A program made the position numbers and the translations under genes. Below the pieces are notes generated by a model, which saw nothing but the letters and a program-made list of their open reading frames with translations, searched no databases and had not been told where the DNA came from. A DNA stretch of 64,000 bases from Anaeromyxobacter sp. (lineage in GTDB: Bacteria; Myxococcota; Myxococcia; Myxococcales; Anaeromyxobacteraceae): the NCBI GenBank assembly GCA_049840735.1, contig JASGJN010000026.1, forward strand, positions 64,001 to 128,000, given 5' to 3'. Shown piece by piece: positions 55,764 to 64,000 of the stretch; within the stretch, counting starts at the first letter, position 1, and every line of letters starts with the position of its first letter.

Positions 55764-56999
55764 ATGACCGCGAACGAGGGCACGCCAACGCTCCAGGAGT
55801 GGACGGAGCGGTACGAGCAGTGGACGGGCAAGGACCTGGGGTTCAGCCGCGTGGCGGCGGGGCTGTTCCTGCTGGTCGGGGCGGGGTTGGTGCTCGCAGA
55901 GCACTGGCGCTGGGCGTACGTGGCCGTCGCGGCGGCGCCCGTGTTTATCTGTCTGGCCCGGCTGATCGAATCCAGCGTCCATCGCTGGACGGCGCTCAAG
56001 CGCGCAGACCTCGAACAGCCCATCCGACCGCGGCCTCGGGAGCTGGGGTGGGTCGCACTCGGGATCGGCGTGGCCGCCGGCATGGTCGTCCTGGGCTGGC
56101 CAGAGTTCTGGATCGGGTTCGATCCCTGGTTCTTCTTCGGGCTCGCGCTGCTGATCACCGCCGCGGCGTTCGCCGTGGGGCTTCCGATCGTGGGGGAGGA
56201 TACGTCCTGGGCCGCCGTGCTGCTGGCTGGTGCCGGAGGTGCATCGCTCCTCTCGGAGGCCGGGGTCCTGGGCGCGGCGGTCGTCTCCGGATCCGGCCTC
56301 CTGCTGCTCAGCACCGGCGCTCGCGTGGCGCGCGACTACCGGCGCACGCGAAAAGGCTTCGTCGCGGCCTGGAGCGAGGCGCTTCGCAGGTCGCCCCCGC
56401 AGCGCGACCTCGTCAGGGTCGCGTACGACACCCGCAGCCTGGCCACGCTCTCCGCCCACGCGCGCGGCGTCGGAGACGTGATCGTGGGTCTCTGGATGTT
56501 GGCGGCTGCCGGGTTCAACGAGCTGTTTGGAGCGTCAGTCGGTCTGCCCATGCTCCTTGGGACGCTGCTCGTGTACCTGGCGGTCCTGGCGCCGGCGCGC
56601 CGCTACTACCAGCGGACCGGGCTCGTAGCCGCCGATCCCGGAAAGCTGATCTCGAAGATGCGAAGGATCGGGCTGCCGCTAGCCATCGTGGTCCTGCTCT
56701 TCCAGGCGTCCTTCGCGGCGATGATGCTGCACGGGGCGACGCGCTGGATCTGCATGGGGCTCCTCATCACGCCGGCGGCCCTGCTCCCGTGGGTTGCCAA
56801 CGGGAACCTGGATGCATTCATGGTGATCCCGCTGTCGCAAATCCCGTTCACCGTGGTGCGGGATCCGGGCGTCAACACGATGACCTGGGTGGTCCTGGGC
56901 ATCTCGCTGGCGGCGTTCGGCCTCTTCGGCCACGTCAGGTTCCAGCAGCTCAGCGCGAAGCTCCGCGGACCGCCTCCTGGCGAAGCAGCCTCCACATGA
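55764..56999 (+). CDS. Multi-pass membrane hypothetical protein
   Basis: Many hydrophobic segments in two blocks; stop overlaps the regulator start (ATGA). Confidence 0.75.
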   Translation: MTANEGTPTLQEWTERYEQWTGKDLGFSRVAAGLFLLVGAGLVLAEHWRWAYVAVAAAPVFICLARLIESSVHRWTALKRADLEQPIRPRPRELGWVALGIGVAAGMVVLGWPEFWIGFDPWFFFGLALLITAAAFAVGLPIVGEDTSWAAVLLAGAGGASLLSEAGVLGAAVVSGSGLLLLSTGARVARDYRRTRKGFVAAWSEALRRSPPQRDLVRVAYDTRSLATLSAHARGVGDVIVGLWMLAAAGFNELFGASVGLPMLLGTLLVYLAVLAPARRYYQRTGLVAADPGKLISKMRRIGLPLAIVVLLFQASFAAMMLHGATRWICMGLLITPAALLPWVANGNLDAFMVIPLSQIPFTVVRDPGVNTMTWVVLGISLAAFGLFGHVRFQQLSAKLRGPPPGEAAST

Positions 57000-57298
57000 A
57001 GCCCCCCCACGAGCAGCTCCTCCAGCTCGACCGCGTCATCCACGAGCCGGCGCGGCTGGCCATCCTCACCATCCTGGCCGCGGCCCAGGAGGTGGGGTTC
57101 CGCTACCTGGAGTCGTCCACCCGGCTCACCAAGGGCAACCTCTCCTCGCACATGTCCAGGCTGGAGGCGGCCGGGTACGTGGAGATCCTGAAGGCGTTCC
57201 AGGGCAAGACGCCGGTGACGAGCTACCGGATGACGCCGGAGGGGCGGAAGGCGCTCAAGGCGTACCGGCTGCAGCTCTTGTCGGGGCTGGAGGGGTGA
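56996..57298 (+). CDS. Winged-helix transcriptional regulator (ArsR/MarR-like)
   Basis: LDRVIHEPARLAIL..LTKGNLSSHMSRLEAAGYVEI.K..GKTPVTSYRMTPEGR. Confidence 0.9.
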   Translation: MKPPHEQLLQLDRVIHEPARLAILTILAAAQEVGFRYLESSTRLTKGNLSSHMSRLEAAGYVEILKAFQGKTPVTSYRMTPEGRKALKAYRLQLLSGLEG

Positions 57299-57323
57299 GC
57301 CGTCGTCCGGCAGGGCACTCCCT

Positions 57324-57374
57324 GGCCTTCGACTCCGCCGCGCCCGGGGGCGCGGCTACGCTCAGGCCGAACGG
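57324..57374 (-). repeat. Reverse REP (GGCCT subtype); empty IS1111 target
   Basis: ggccttcgactcc...gctacgctcaggccgaacgg. Confidence 0.9.
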
Positions 57375-57428
57375 GGGGTGAAACGCCCGAGCGCGCTCAG
57401 AAGGCTCCTCACGCACAGCTGCGCCCGC

Positions 57429-57804
57429 TCACGGCCACACGTTCACCCCCGCCTTCCCCTCCCACCCCTTCGAGCGGATCACGCAGAAGCGCTGGCCGGT
57501 GGGCGCCTCCATCACCCACCAGCGCTTCACCCAGCCGATGCGCTTCGCGCCCAGCTTCTCCAGGCGCGCGACCTCGGCCTCCTGGTCGTCGGTCTCCGAT
57601 GTCGAGGTGCACGCGGCTGGGGTGGTCCACCCGCTGGACCTCCACCGCCAGGTCGCGCGCGTCGGCGTGGAGCCCGACGTAGATGTCGTCCTCGCGCTCC
57701 TCGCGCGGCGCCATCCCCAGCGCGCCGCTCCAGAAGCGCGTCGAGGCCTCCAGCTCGTTCCCCTCGCAGTCGATGATGAACCCTGCCAGCCGGCTCCTGT
57801 GCAT
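57429..57804 (-). CDS. VOC/glyoxalase-like protein (apparent +1 frameshift near 57597)
   Basis: MHRSRLAGFIIDC..RFWSGALG..SRVHLDI, then ETDDQEAEVARLEKLGA..WWVMEAPTGQRFCV in the next frame. Confidence 0.83.
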
Positions 57805-57940
57805 GCCCCCGTCTAGCGCGATCGCAGACTGCGCGAGCGTCAGCCGAGGGGGCGTCCCCGTCCAGGGCGCGTCGCAGGGATCGAAGCCGACGGCCGGCGC
57901 CGGGTGTATGAGGACGAGGTATCCAACCAAGGAGGACCCC

Positions 57941-58351
57941 ATGGGCCTGCTGGACGATCTGACCAAGAACCTGGGCGGCGCGGCGCTGGGCGGCGGGCAA
58001 GCGGGCGGGGGCGCGCAGGGCGGGCAGGGGGCGCTGATGCAGGCGGCCATTCACTGGCTGTCAAGCGGCGGGCTGCAGCAGGTGATGGGCGCGCTCCAGC
58101 AGCAGGGGCTGGGCCACCTGGTGGACTCCTGGGTCTCCACCGGCGCGAACAAGTCGATCTCCCCGGACCAGCTGGGCAAGGCCATCGGGCCGGATCAGCT
58201 CGGCAAGCTCGCGAAGGACTCCGGGCTCGACACCGGCGCCGTCACGCAGCAGCTCTCGACGCTGCTGCCTGGGCTGGTGGACAAGCTCTCACCGGGCGGA
58301 AAGCTGCCTGACCTCGGCGCCGTGGGCGGCCTGCTCAAGGGGCTCTTCTGA
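57941..58351 (+). CDS. YidB/DUF937 family protein
   Basis: MGLLDD..GGL..GLGHLVDSWVSTGANKSISPDQL..LPGLVDKLSPGGKLP; AGGAGG upstream. Confidence 0.88.
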   Translation: MGLLDDLTKNLGGAALGGGQAGGGAQGGQGALMQAAIHWLSSGGLQQVMGALQQQGLGHLVDSWVSTGANKSISPDQLGKAIGPDQLGKLAKDSGLDTGAVTQQLSTLLPGLVDKLSPGGKLPDLGAVGGLLKGLF

Positions 58352-58513
58352 TCGCACCCGTGGGCGGGGGCGACGCCGTAGGTTGATCTCCTACATGCGC
58401 TTTGTGGAGAGAAGCCCCGTTCCCACGGGAATTGCCCGTTGCGTCGGGTCATGCAAGGGTGCACGCGACCGGGCTCGGGGCGGGCTCGGATAGACCGGTC
58501 AGGAGTCAACGTC

Positions 58514-59443
58514 GTGCCCGGCGTGAAGCCGACCATCTTGCTGGCCGAGGACAGCCCGACCAACGCTGTCCTGCTGATGCTGTTGCTCGGCGACGACCAC
58601 GACGTGCTGCTGGCCCGCGACGGCCGGCGCGCGGTCGAGGTCGCCAAGACCGAGCAGCCCGACATCATCATCATGGACGGCATGATGCCGGTGCTGGACG
58701 GCTTCGAGGCCTGCGCGAAGCTGAAGGAGGATCCGGTCACCGCCGGCATCCCCATCATCTTCCTGACCGGCCTCGAGGACGAGGAGCGGGAGATCCGGGC
58801 GCTCGAGCTGGGCGCCTTCGACTTCATCTCCAAGCCCATCCGCCCGGCCCTGGTGCGCGCCCGCATCCGCAACTGCCTGGAGCTCAAGCGCCAGCGCGAT
58901 CTGCTGGCCCAGCTCTCCTTCACCGACGGCCTCACCGGCCTGGCGAACCGCCGCCGCTTCGACGAGGTGATGGAGCTGGAGTGGCGCCGCGCCGCCCGCG
59001 CCCGCCGGCAGCTCTCGGTGCTGCTGATGGACGTCGACTGCTTCAAGCTCTTCAACGACACGCGCGGCCACGTGGCCGGCGACGACTGCCTGCGCCGCGT
59101 GGCCATGGCCGCCGCCACCGCGATGCGCCGCCCCGGCGACCTGCTGGCCCGCTACGGCGGCGAGGAGTTCGCCTGCGTGCTGCCGGAGAGCGACCTCGAC
59201 GGCGCGCGCTTCCTGGCCGAGCGGATCCGCGAGCAGGTCGAGGCGCTGGGCCTGCCGCACCCGGCGTCCAAGTGCAAGCCGGTGGTGACGGTCTCGGTGG
59301 GCGTGGCCACCGTGGTCCCGGGCGACGACCGCGAGCCGGGCTGGCTGCTGGAGGCCGCCGACCGCGGGCTCTACCTGGCCAAGGAGCGCGGCCGGAACCA
59401 GGTCGGCGTGGCGCTGGCCGACTCCAGCATCGCCGCGGCCTGA
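58514..59443 (+). CDS. Response regulator diguanylate cyclase (REC-GGDEF); start approximate
   Basis: Receiver motifs plus DGLTGLANRR, DVDCFK and RPGDLLARYGGEEF (RxxD inhibitory site and GGEEF). Confidence 0.93.
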   Translation: MPGVKPTILLAEDSPTNAVLLMLLLGDDHDVLLARDGRRAVEVAKTEQPDIIIMDGMMPVLDGFEACAKLKEDPVTAGIPIIFLTGLEDEEREIRALELGAFDFISKPIRPALVRARIRNCLELKRQRDLLAQLSFTDGLTGLANRRRFDEVMELEWRRAARARRQLSVLLMDVDCFKLFNDTRGHVAGDDCLRRVAMAAATAMRRPGDLLARYGGEEFACVLPESDLDGARFLAERIREQVEALGLPHPASKCKPVVTVSVGVATVVPGDDREPGWLLEAADRGLYLAKERGRNQVGVALADSSIAAA

Positions 59444-59514
59444 TCCGCGCGTCGAGGCTCGAGCCGCGTCCCGCGCCTGGAGCGCCGCCGCCGCGCTCGT
59501 GTATCCTCGCGCCC

Positions 59515-59982
59515 ATGAGAAGCCCGCTCCGCGCCCTGCTCCTGGCCGCGCTCGCCCTCCCCGCCGCGGCCGCCGCCGCCCCGTGGACCGGGGCGCAGCA
59601 GAAGGCCTTCCTCGAGCAGTGCCGGCAGCCCGGCACGCCCGGCGCGGACGTGAAGGGTTACTGTGAGTGCATGATGGACCGGGCGCAGGGCATCGCGTCC
59701 TACGAGCAGCTCACCACCCCCGGCGCGCCCGGCGAGGTGGAGAGGAAGCTGGACGCGGCCATGGCCACCTGCCTCGACGCCGACCCGGCGCAGTACCAGG
59801 CGCTGCTGGTCCAGCGCGAGAAGGCCTGCACCGCCGCGGGTGAGTCCGCCGCCTGGTGCGCCTGCGCGCGCAAGTGGACGGCCGGCCGCTGGGCCAGGCT
59901 CTCGGCCCTGGTGACCTCGCTGATGGACGACGAGGCCCGCAAGGCCGAGCGGGCCAAGCTGCTCAAGGCCTGCCCCAAGTAG
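59515..59982 (+). CDS. Secreted cysteine-rich hypothetical protein
   Basis: Signal peptide; two internal repeats of the pattern C..CxC..C (8 Cys). Confidence 0.72.
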   Translation: MRSPLRALLLAALALPAAAAAAPWTGAQQKAFLEQCRQPGTPGADVKGYCECMMDRAQGIASYEQLTTPGAPGEVERKLDAAMATCLDADPAQYQALLVQREKACTAAGESAAWCACARKWTAGRWARLSALVTSLMDDEARKAERAKLLKACPK

Positions 59983-60080
59983 CCGCAGTCCCTGGGCGCG
60001 TCCCGTGTCCCTGGGAGCCCCGCTTGCCGCAGCAAGGCGTGGAGCGGCGGCAGGGCCCTCGTGTATCCTGCCCCCCTCTC

Positions 60081-60977
60081 ATGGCCGAGACCGATCCGCC
60101 GACCCGCAGCCGCCAGACCGGGGAAGCCCCGGCTGTCGGCAGCCCGTTCTCGGTCGTGATGGTGCGCGGCCCGGCGGCCGGCGTGCGCGTGCCGCTCGAG
60201 GGGGAGGTGGTGGTCGGGCGCGACCCGCGCTGCGAGCTGCCGGTCCCCTCCGGCGACGTCTCGCGCCGCCATGCCCGCATCGTCCCCGAGGGCGACGGGC
60301 ACCGGATCATCGACCTCGAGTCCACCAACGGCACCTTCGTCAACGGCCGCTCCGTGCGCGACCACCGCCTGGCGGCCGGCGACCGGATCGAGCTGGGCTC
60401 CTGCGTGCTCCGCTACCTGCGCCAGGGCGAGGCCGACGCCGAGGACATCGCCGCGCTGGCCGAGCTGGTCCGGCGCGACGCGCTGACCGGACTCGCGAAC
60501 CGCCGCGCCTTCGAGGAGGCGCTGCGCCGCGAGGTGGCCCGCGCCCGCCGCGCCGGCGACCTGCTCTCGGTGGTGGCCATCGACGTGGACCACTTCAAGA
60601 ACGTGAACGACGAGCACGGCCACGCCGCCGGCGACCAGGTGCTGGTGGAGGTGGCCTTTCGCGCCGCCAGCGCGCTGCGCACCGAGGACCTGCTGGCCCG
60701 CATCGGCGGCGAGGAGCTGGCGGTGCTGCTGCCCGGGGCCACGCTGCCCGCGGCGGCGGAGGTGGCGGAGCGGATCCGGCGCGCGGTGGCGGATCGCACC
60801 GTGAGCGTGCCGGACGGCGAGGTGGCGGTGACGGTCTCGCTGGGCTGCGCCACGCTCGCGCCCGGCGAGTCGGATCCCAGCAGCCTGGTGGCCCGCGCCG
60901 ACGCGCGGCTCTACGACGCCAAGCGCGCCGGCCGCAACCGCGTGGTCTTCGCGACCGTGCCGGCCGCGGCCCAGTAG
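60081..60977 (+). CDS. FHA-GGDEF diguanylate cyclase
   Basis: FHA motifs GR, VSRRHA, DLESTNGTFVNG; GGDEF domain with RTEDLLARIGGEEL. Confidence 0.92.
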   Translation: MAETDPPTRSRQTGEAPAVGSPFSVVMVRGPAAGVRVPLEGEVVVGRDPRCELPVPSGDVSRRHARIVPEGDGHRIIDLESTNGTFVNGRSVRDHRLAAGDRIELGSCVLRYLRQGEADAEDIAALAELVRRDALTGLANRRAFEEALRREVARARRAGDLLSVVAIDVDHFKNVNDEHGHAAGDQVLVEVAFRAASALRTEDLLARIGGEELAVLLPGATLPAAAEVAERIRRAVADRTVSVPDGEVAVTVSLGCATLAPGESDPSSLVARADARLYDAKRAGRNRVVFATVPAAAQ

Positions 60978-61065
60978 GAGCCACCCGGGCAGGCGTCCGG
61001 CCCCGCGCCCCGGGGGGTACCTTTCGACTGCGGTGAGGGGGTCCGCGGGTTATCCTCCGCGCCGC

Positions 61066-62271
61066 GTGCCTGCCCAGCCCAGAAGCTCCCGCTCCGCACT
61101 GGCGGTCCTCTTCACCATCGTCTTCATCGACCTGCTCGGCTTCGGGATGGTCATCCCGGTGATGGCGCTCTACGCCGAGCACCTGGGCGCGTCCAAGGCC
61201 CAGACCGGCTGGCTGATGACCGGGTACTCGGCCATGCAGTTCGTCTTCACGCCGCTGTGGGGCCGGCTCTCGGATCGCTTCGGCCGCCGCCCGCTGCTCC
61301 TCATCTCCATCTTCATGACCTCGGCGGCGTTCGTCATGTACGCGCTGGCGCCGTCGTTCGGCTGGCTGCTGGCGTCCCGCCTCTTCGCCGGCTTCGCCAC
61401 CGCCAACATCGCCATCGCGCAGGCCTACATCGCCGACGTCACGCCGCCCGAGGGGCGCGCCAAGGGCATGGGGCTCATCGGCGCCGCCTTCGGCCTGGGC
61501 TTCGTGCTCGGGCCGGCGCTGGGCGGCTACCTCTCCAGCTTCGACCCCGCCTACCCCGGCTTCGCGGCCGCGGGGCTGGCGCTGGTCAACGGCCTGGCCG
61601 CGACGCTGGTGCTGCGCGAGCCCACCCAGCGGACCGTGGCGCCGAAGCGCGCCGGCATGCGGGCCATGCTGGAGGAGCTCTCGCGCCCCGGGATCCGGCG
61701 GCTCATCGCCATCTTCTTCCTGGCCATCATGGCCTTCAGCGCCATGGAGGCCACCTTCTCGCTGCTGGCGGCGCACCGCTACGGGCTGGCCGAGCGGCAG
61801 GTGAGCTACGTCTTCGTCTTCATCGGCGTCGTCATCACCGTCGTGCAGGGCGGGCTGATCGGCCCGCTCACGCGCCGGTTCGGCGAGCAGCGGCTGCTCG
61901 TGGCCGGGCTCCTGCTGCAGGTGGCCGGGCTGGCCGCGCTGCCGTGGGCGGGCGGCGTCCCCGGGCTCTTGGCGGCCTGCCTCCCGCTGGCGGCCGGCAG
62001 CGGCCTCACCAACCCGGCCATGAGCGCGCTCCTCTCCCGGAGCGCCAGGGCCGAAGACCAGGGGGGCACGCTCGGCATCGGGCAGTCGGCCTCGGCGCTG
62101 GGTCGCATCGCCGGGCCCATCTCTGCCACCAACGCCTACGATCACCTCTGGTTCGCGGCGCCTTACATGGGCGGCGCCGCGCTGGTGCTGGTCACGGCTG
62201 CCATCGCGGCCACCCTGCGCCGGCCTGCCCCAGCCGCCGAGCCGGGGGGCGCCGCGCGCGAGATCAGCTAG
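61066..62271 (+). CDS. MFS transporter, TetA/DHA1-like
   Basis: DLLGFGMVIP, GRLSDRFGRRP, AYIADVT..RAKGMG and GFVLGPALGG motifs. Confidence 0.92.
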   Translation: MPAQPRSSRSALAVLFTIVFIDLLGFGMVIPVMALYAEHLGASKAQTGWLMTGYSAMQFVFTPLWGRLSDRFGRRPLLLISIFMTSAAFVMYALAPSFGWLLASRLFAGFATANIAIAQAYIADVTPPEGRAKGMGLIGAAFGLGFVLGPALGGYLSSFDPAYPGFAAAGLALVNGLAATLVLREPTQRTVAPKRAGMRAMLEELSRPGIRRLIAIFFLAIMAFSAMEATFSLLAAHRYGLAERQVSYVFVFIGVVITVVQGGLIGPLTRRFGEQRLLVAGLLLQVAGLAALPWAGGVPGLLAACLPLAAGSGLTNPAMSALLSRSARAEDQGGTLGIGQSASALGRIAGPISATNAYDHLWFAAPYMGGAALVLVTAAIAATLRRPAPAAEPGGAAREIS

Positions 62272-62280
62272 AATCGCCGG

Positions 62281-63282
62281 ATGCCGGAGCTGCGCAGGGA
62301 CCCCATCGTCGGCCGCTGGGTCATCATCGCCACCGAGCGGGCCCGCCGCCCCAACGAGCTGGCGCAGGAGGCGCCGCCGTTCCCGCGGGGCCTGTGCCCG
62401 TTCTGCCCCGGGCACGAGGACAAGACGCCGGGCGAGGTGTACGTGTGGGGCCGCCACGGCCACTCCCCGGCCAACGGCCAGGGCTGGAAGGTGCGCGTCA
62501 TCCCCAACCGCTTCCCCGCGCTCAAGATCGAGGGCGAGCTGGACCGGCAGGCGGAGGGCATCTACGACCGGATGAACGGCATCGGCGCGCACGAGGTGAT
62601 CATCGAGACGCCCGATCACCAGAAGACCACCAAGGACCTCACGCCCGCCGAGCTGACCGAGGTCCTCCTCGCCTGCAAGTCGCGCATCCTCGACCTGCGC
62701 AACGACCAGCGCTTCCGCTACGTCCTGCTCTTCAAGAACCACGGCGCCATGGCCGGCGCCTCGCTGGAGCACTCCCACTCGCAGCTCATCGCGCTGCCGG
62801 TGGTGCCGCGCCAGGTCGTCTCGGAGCTGGAGGGCTCGAAGCGCCACCACGACCTCAAGGAGCGGTGCATCTACTGCGACATCGTCGGCCAGGAGCGGAA
62901 GGACCGCTCGCGGCTGGTGTACGAGAACGACGACTTCGTGGTGCTGGCGCCCTGGGCGCCCCGCAGCCCGTTCGAGACCTGGATCGTGCCCCGCCGGCAC
63001 GAGTCCAACTACGAGGCGGAGCCGCGCGAGCGCCTGGCGCAGTGCGCCCAGGCGCTGGGGACCACCCTCCGCAGGCTGGCGGCGGCGCTGGGGAACCCGC
63101 ACTACAACTTCATGCTGCACTCCAACCCGCTGCGGGACGCGTCCAGCCCCAGTTATCACTGGCACATCGAGGTGATGCCGGCCCTGACGCAGCTCGCCGG
63201 CTTCGAGTGGGGCTCGGGCTTCCACATCAACCCGGTCCCTCCGGAAGAGGCAGCGGAGTTCCTCCGCAAGGTTGCTGGCTGA
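62281..63282 (+). CDS. galT: GalT-like hexose-1-phosphate nucleotidylyltransferase
   Basis: ELRRDP, ERARRP, CPFCPG, FKNHG..AGASLEHSHSQ and YHWHIE motifs. Confidence 0.9.
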   Translation: MPELRRDPIVGRWVIIATERARRPNELAQEAPPFPRGLCPFCPGHEDKTPGEVYVWGRHGHSPANGQGWKVRVIPNRFPALKIEGELDRQAEGIYDRMNGIGAHEVIIETPDHQKTTKDLTPAELTEVLLACKSRILDLRNDQRFRYVLLFKNHGAMAGASLEHSHSQLIALPVVPRQVVSELEGSKRHHDLKERCIYCDIVGQERKDRSRLVYENDDFVVLAPWAPRSPFETWIVPRRHESNYEAEPRERLAQCAQALGTTLRRLAAALGNPHYNFMLHSNPLRDASSPSYHWHIEVMPALTQLAGFEWGSGFHINPVPPEEAAEFLRKVAG

Positions 63283-63317
63283 CCTGCGCGACGGCGTCGC
63301 GCATACTGTGACCACCG

Positions 63318-64000
63318 ATGGAGATCCTGTTCGTTTCCTCGGAGGTGGCCCCCTGGTCCAAGACCGGCGGCCTGGGCGACGTGGCCGGGGCGCTGCCCCG
63401 GGCGCTGGCCGCTCGCGGCCACCAGGTCACGGTGGTCACCCCGCGCTACCATGCCATCGACGTCCAGAAGGAAGGGCTGCGCCCGGCCGGCCACGAGCTG
63501 GTGATCCGCGGCCAGCGTGTTTCGCTGTGGGTGAAGGAGGAGGGCGCCCGGGTCTTCTTCGTCGAGCACGACCCGTACTTCGGCAGCCGGCTCGGTCCCT
63601 ACGGCGACAAGCTGGGCGAGTACGGCGACAACGCCGAGCGGTTCGCGCTGCTGGTCCGGGTGGCGCTGGCGCTGCCCGGCGAGCTGGGCTTCCGGCCGCA
63701 CATCGTCCACGGCAATGACTGGCAGACCGGGCTCATCCCCTACGTGCTGCGGCGCGAGCACGCCACTGACCGCGCCCTCTCCCGCGCCCGCTCCGTCTTC
63801 ACCATCCACAACCTGGCCTACCAGGGCGTCTTCCCCAAGGCGGTGGTGCCTGCGCTGGGGCTGCCCTGGGACGTCTTCCGGTATCAGTCGATGGAGTTCT
63901 GGGATCAGCTCTCCTTCATGAAGGCGGGGCTGACCGGCTCGGACGCGCTCACCACCGTCTCGCCCACCTACGCCCGCGAGATCCTCACGCCCGAGGGCGG
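63318..64000 (+). CDS. glgA: Glycogen synthase (partial, runs off the window end)
   Basis: SEVAPWSKTGGLGDV, DNAERF, HGNDWQTG, FTIHNLAYQG and TTVSPTYA motifs. Confidence 0.95.
   Translation, partial: MEILFVSSEVAPWSKTGGLGDVAGALPRALAARGHQVTVVTPRYHAIDVQKEGLRPAGHELVIRGQRVSLWVKEEGARVFFVEHDPYFGSRLGPYGDKLGEYGDNAERFALLVRVALALPGELGFRPHIVHGNDWQTGLIPYVLRREHATDRALSRARSVFTIHNLAYQGVFPKAVVPALGLPWDVFRYQSMEFWDQLSFMKAGLTGSDALTTVSPTYAREILTPEG

Overview
High-GC chromosomal window whose gene content fits an Anaeromyxobacter-like member of Myxococcota (inferred from the genes, not from a database search). It is mostly housekeeping: pcrA 3' end, pabB-pabC, add, ogt, glgC, two mreB copies, ispE-spoVG-prs, rplY-pth-rpsF-rpsR-rplI, upp-hpt, GH57, galT and glgA. 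It also carries three Ser/Thr kinases, peptidases, LamB, a heptaheme c/b cytochrome and two diguanylate cyclases. The intergenic spaces hold over 20 copies of one structured REP-like repeat (CCGTTC-NNNNT-GAGCGTAGC-hairpin-GGAGTCGA-ANNNN) with compensatory base changes. The main finding is an IS110-superfamily, IS1111-type element (54178-55614) inserted exactly at the CT core of one repeat copy. Its downstream non-coding region contains a readable seek/bridge-RNA target loop whose two guides match both halves of that repeat on opposite strands, and five empty perfect targets lie in the window. This class of RNA-guided element is known; this element and target may not be described. Other findings: an ISAs1-family element with a 10-bp target duplication and a 17-bp inverted repeat covering its own ribosome-binding site; two tandem arrays that end on the IS target site; near-identical mreB copies; and about a dozen frameshifts, most at GATC or TCGA, probably sequencing errors at methylated motifs. 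No CRISPR array, rRNA or tRNA was found.
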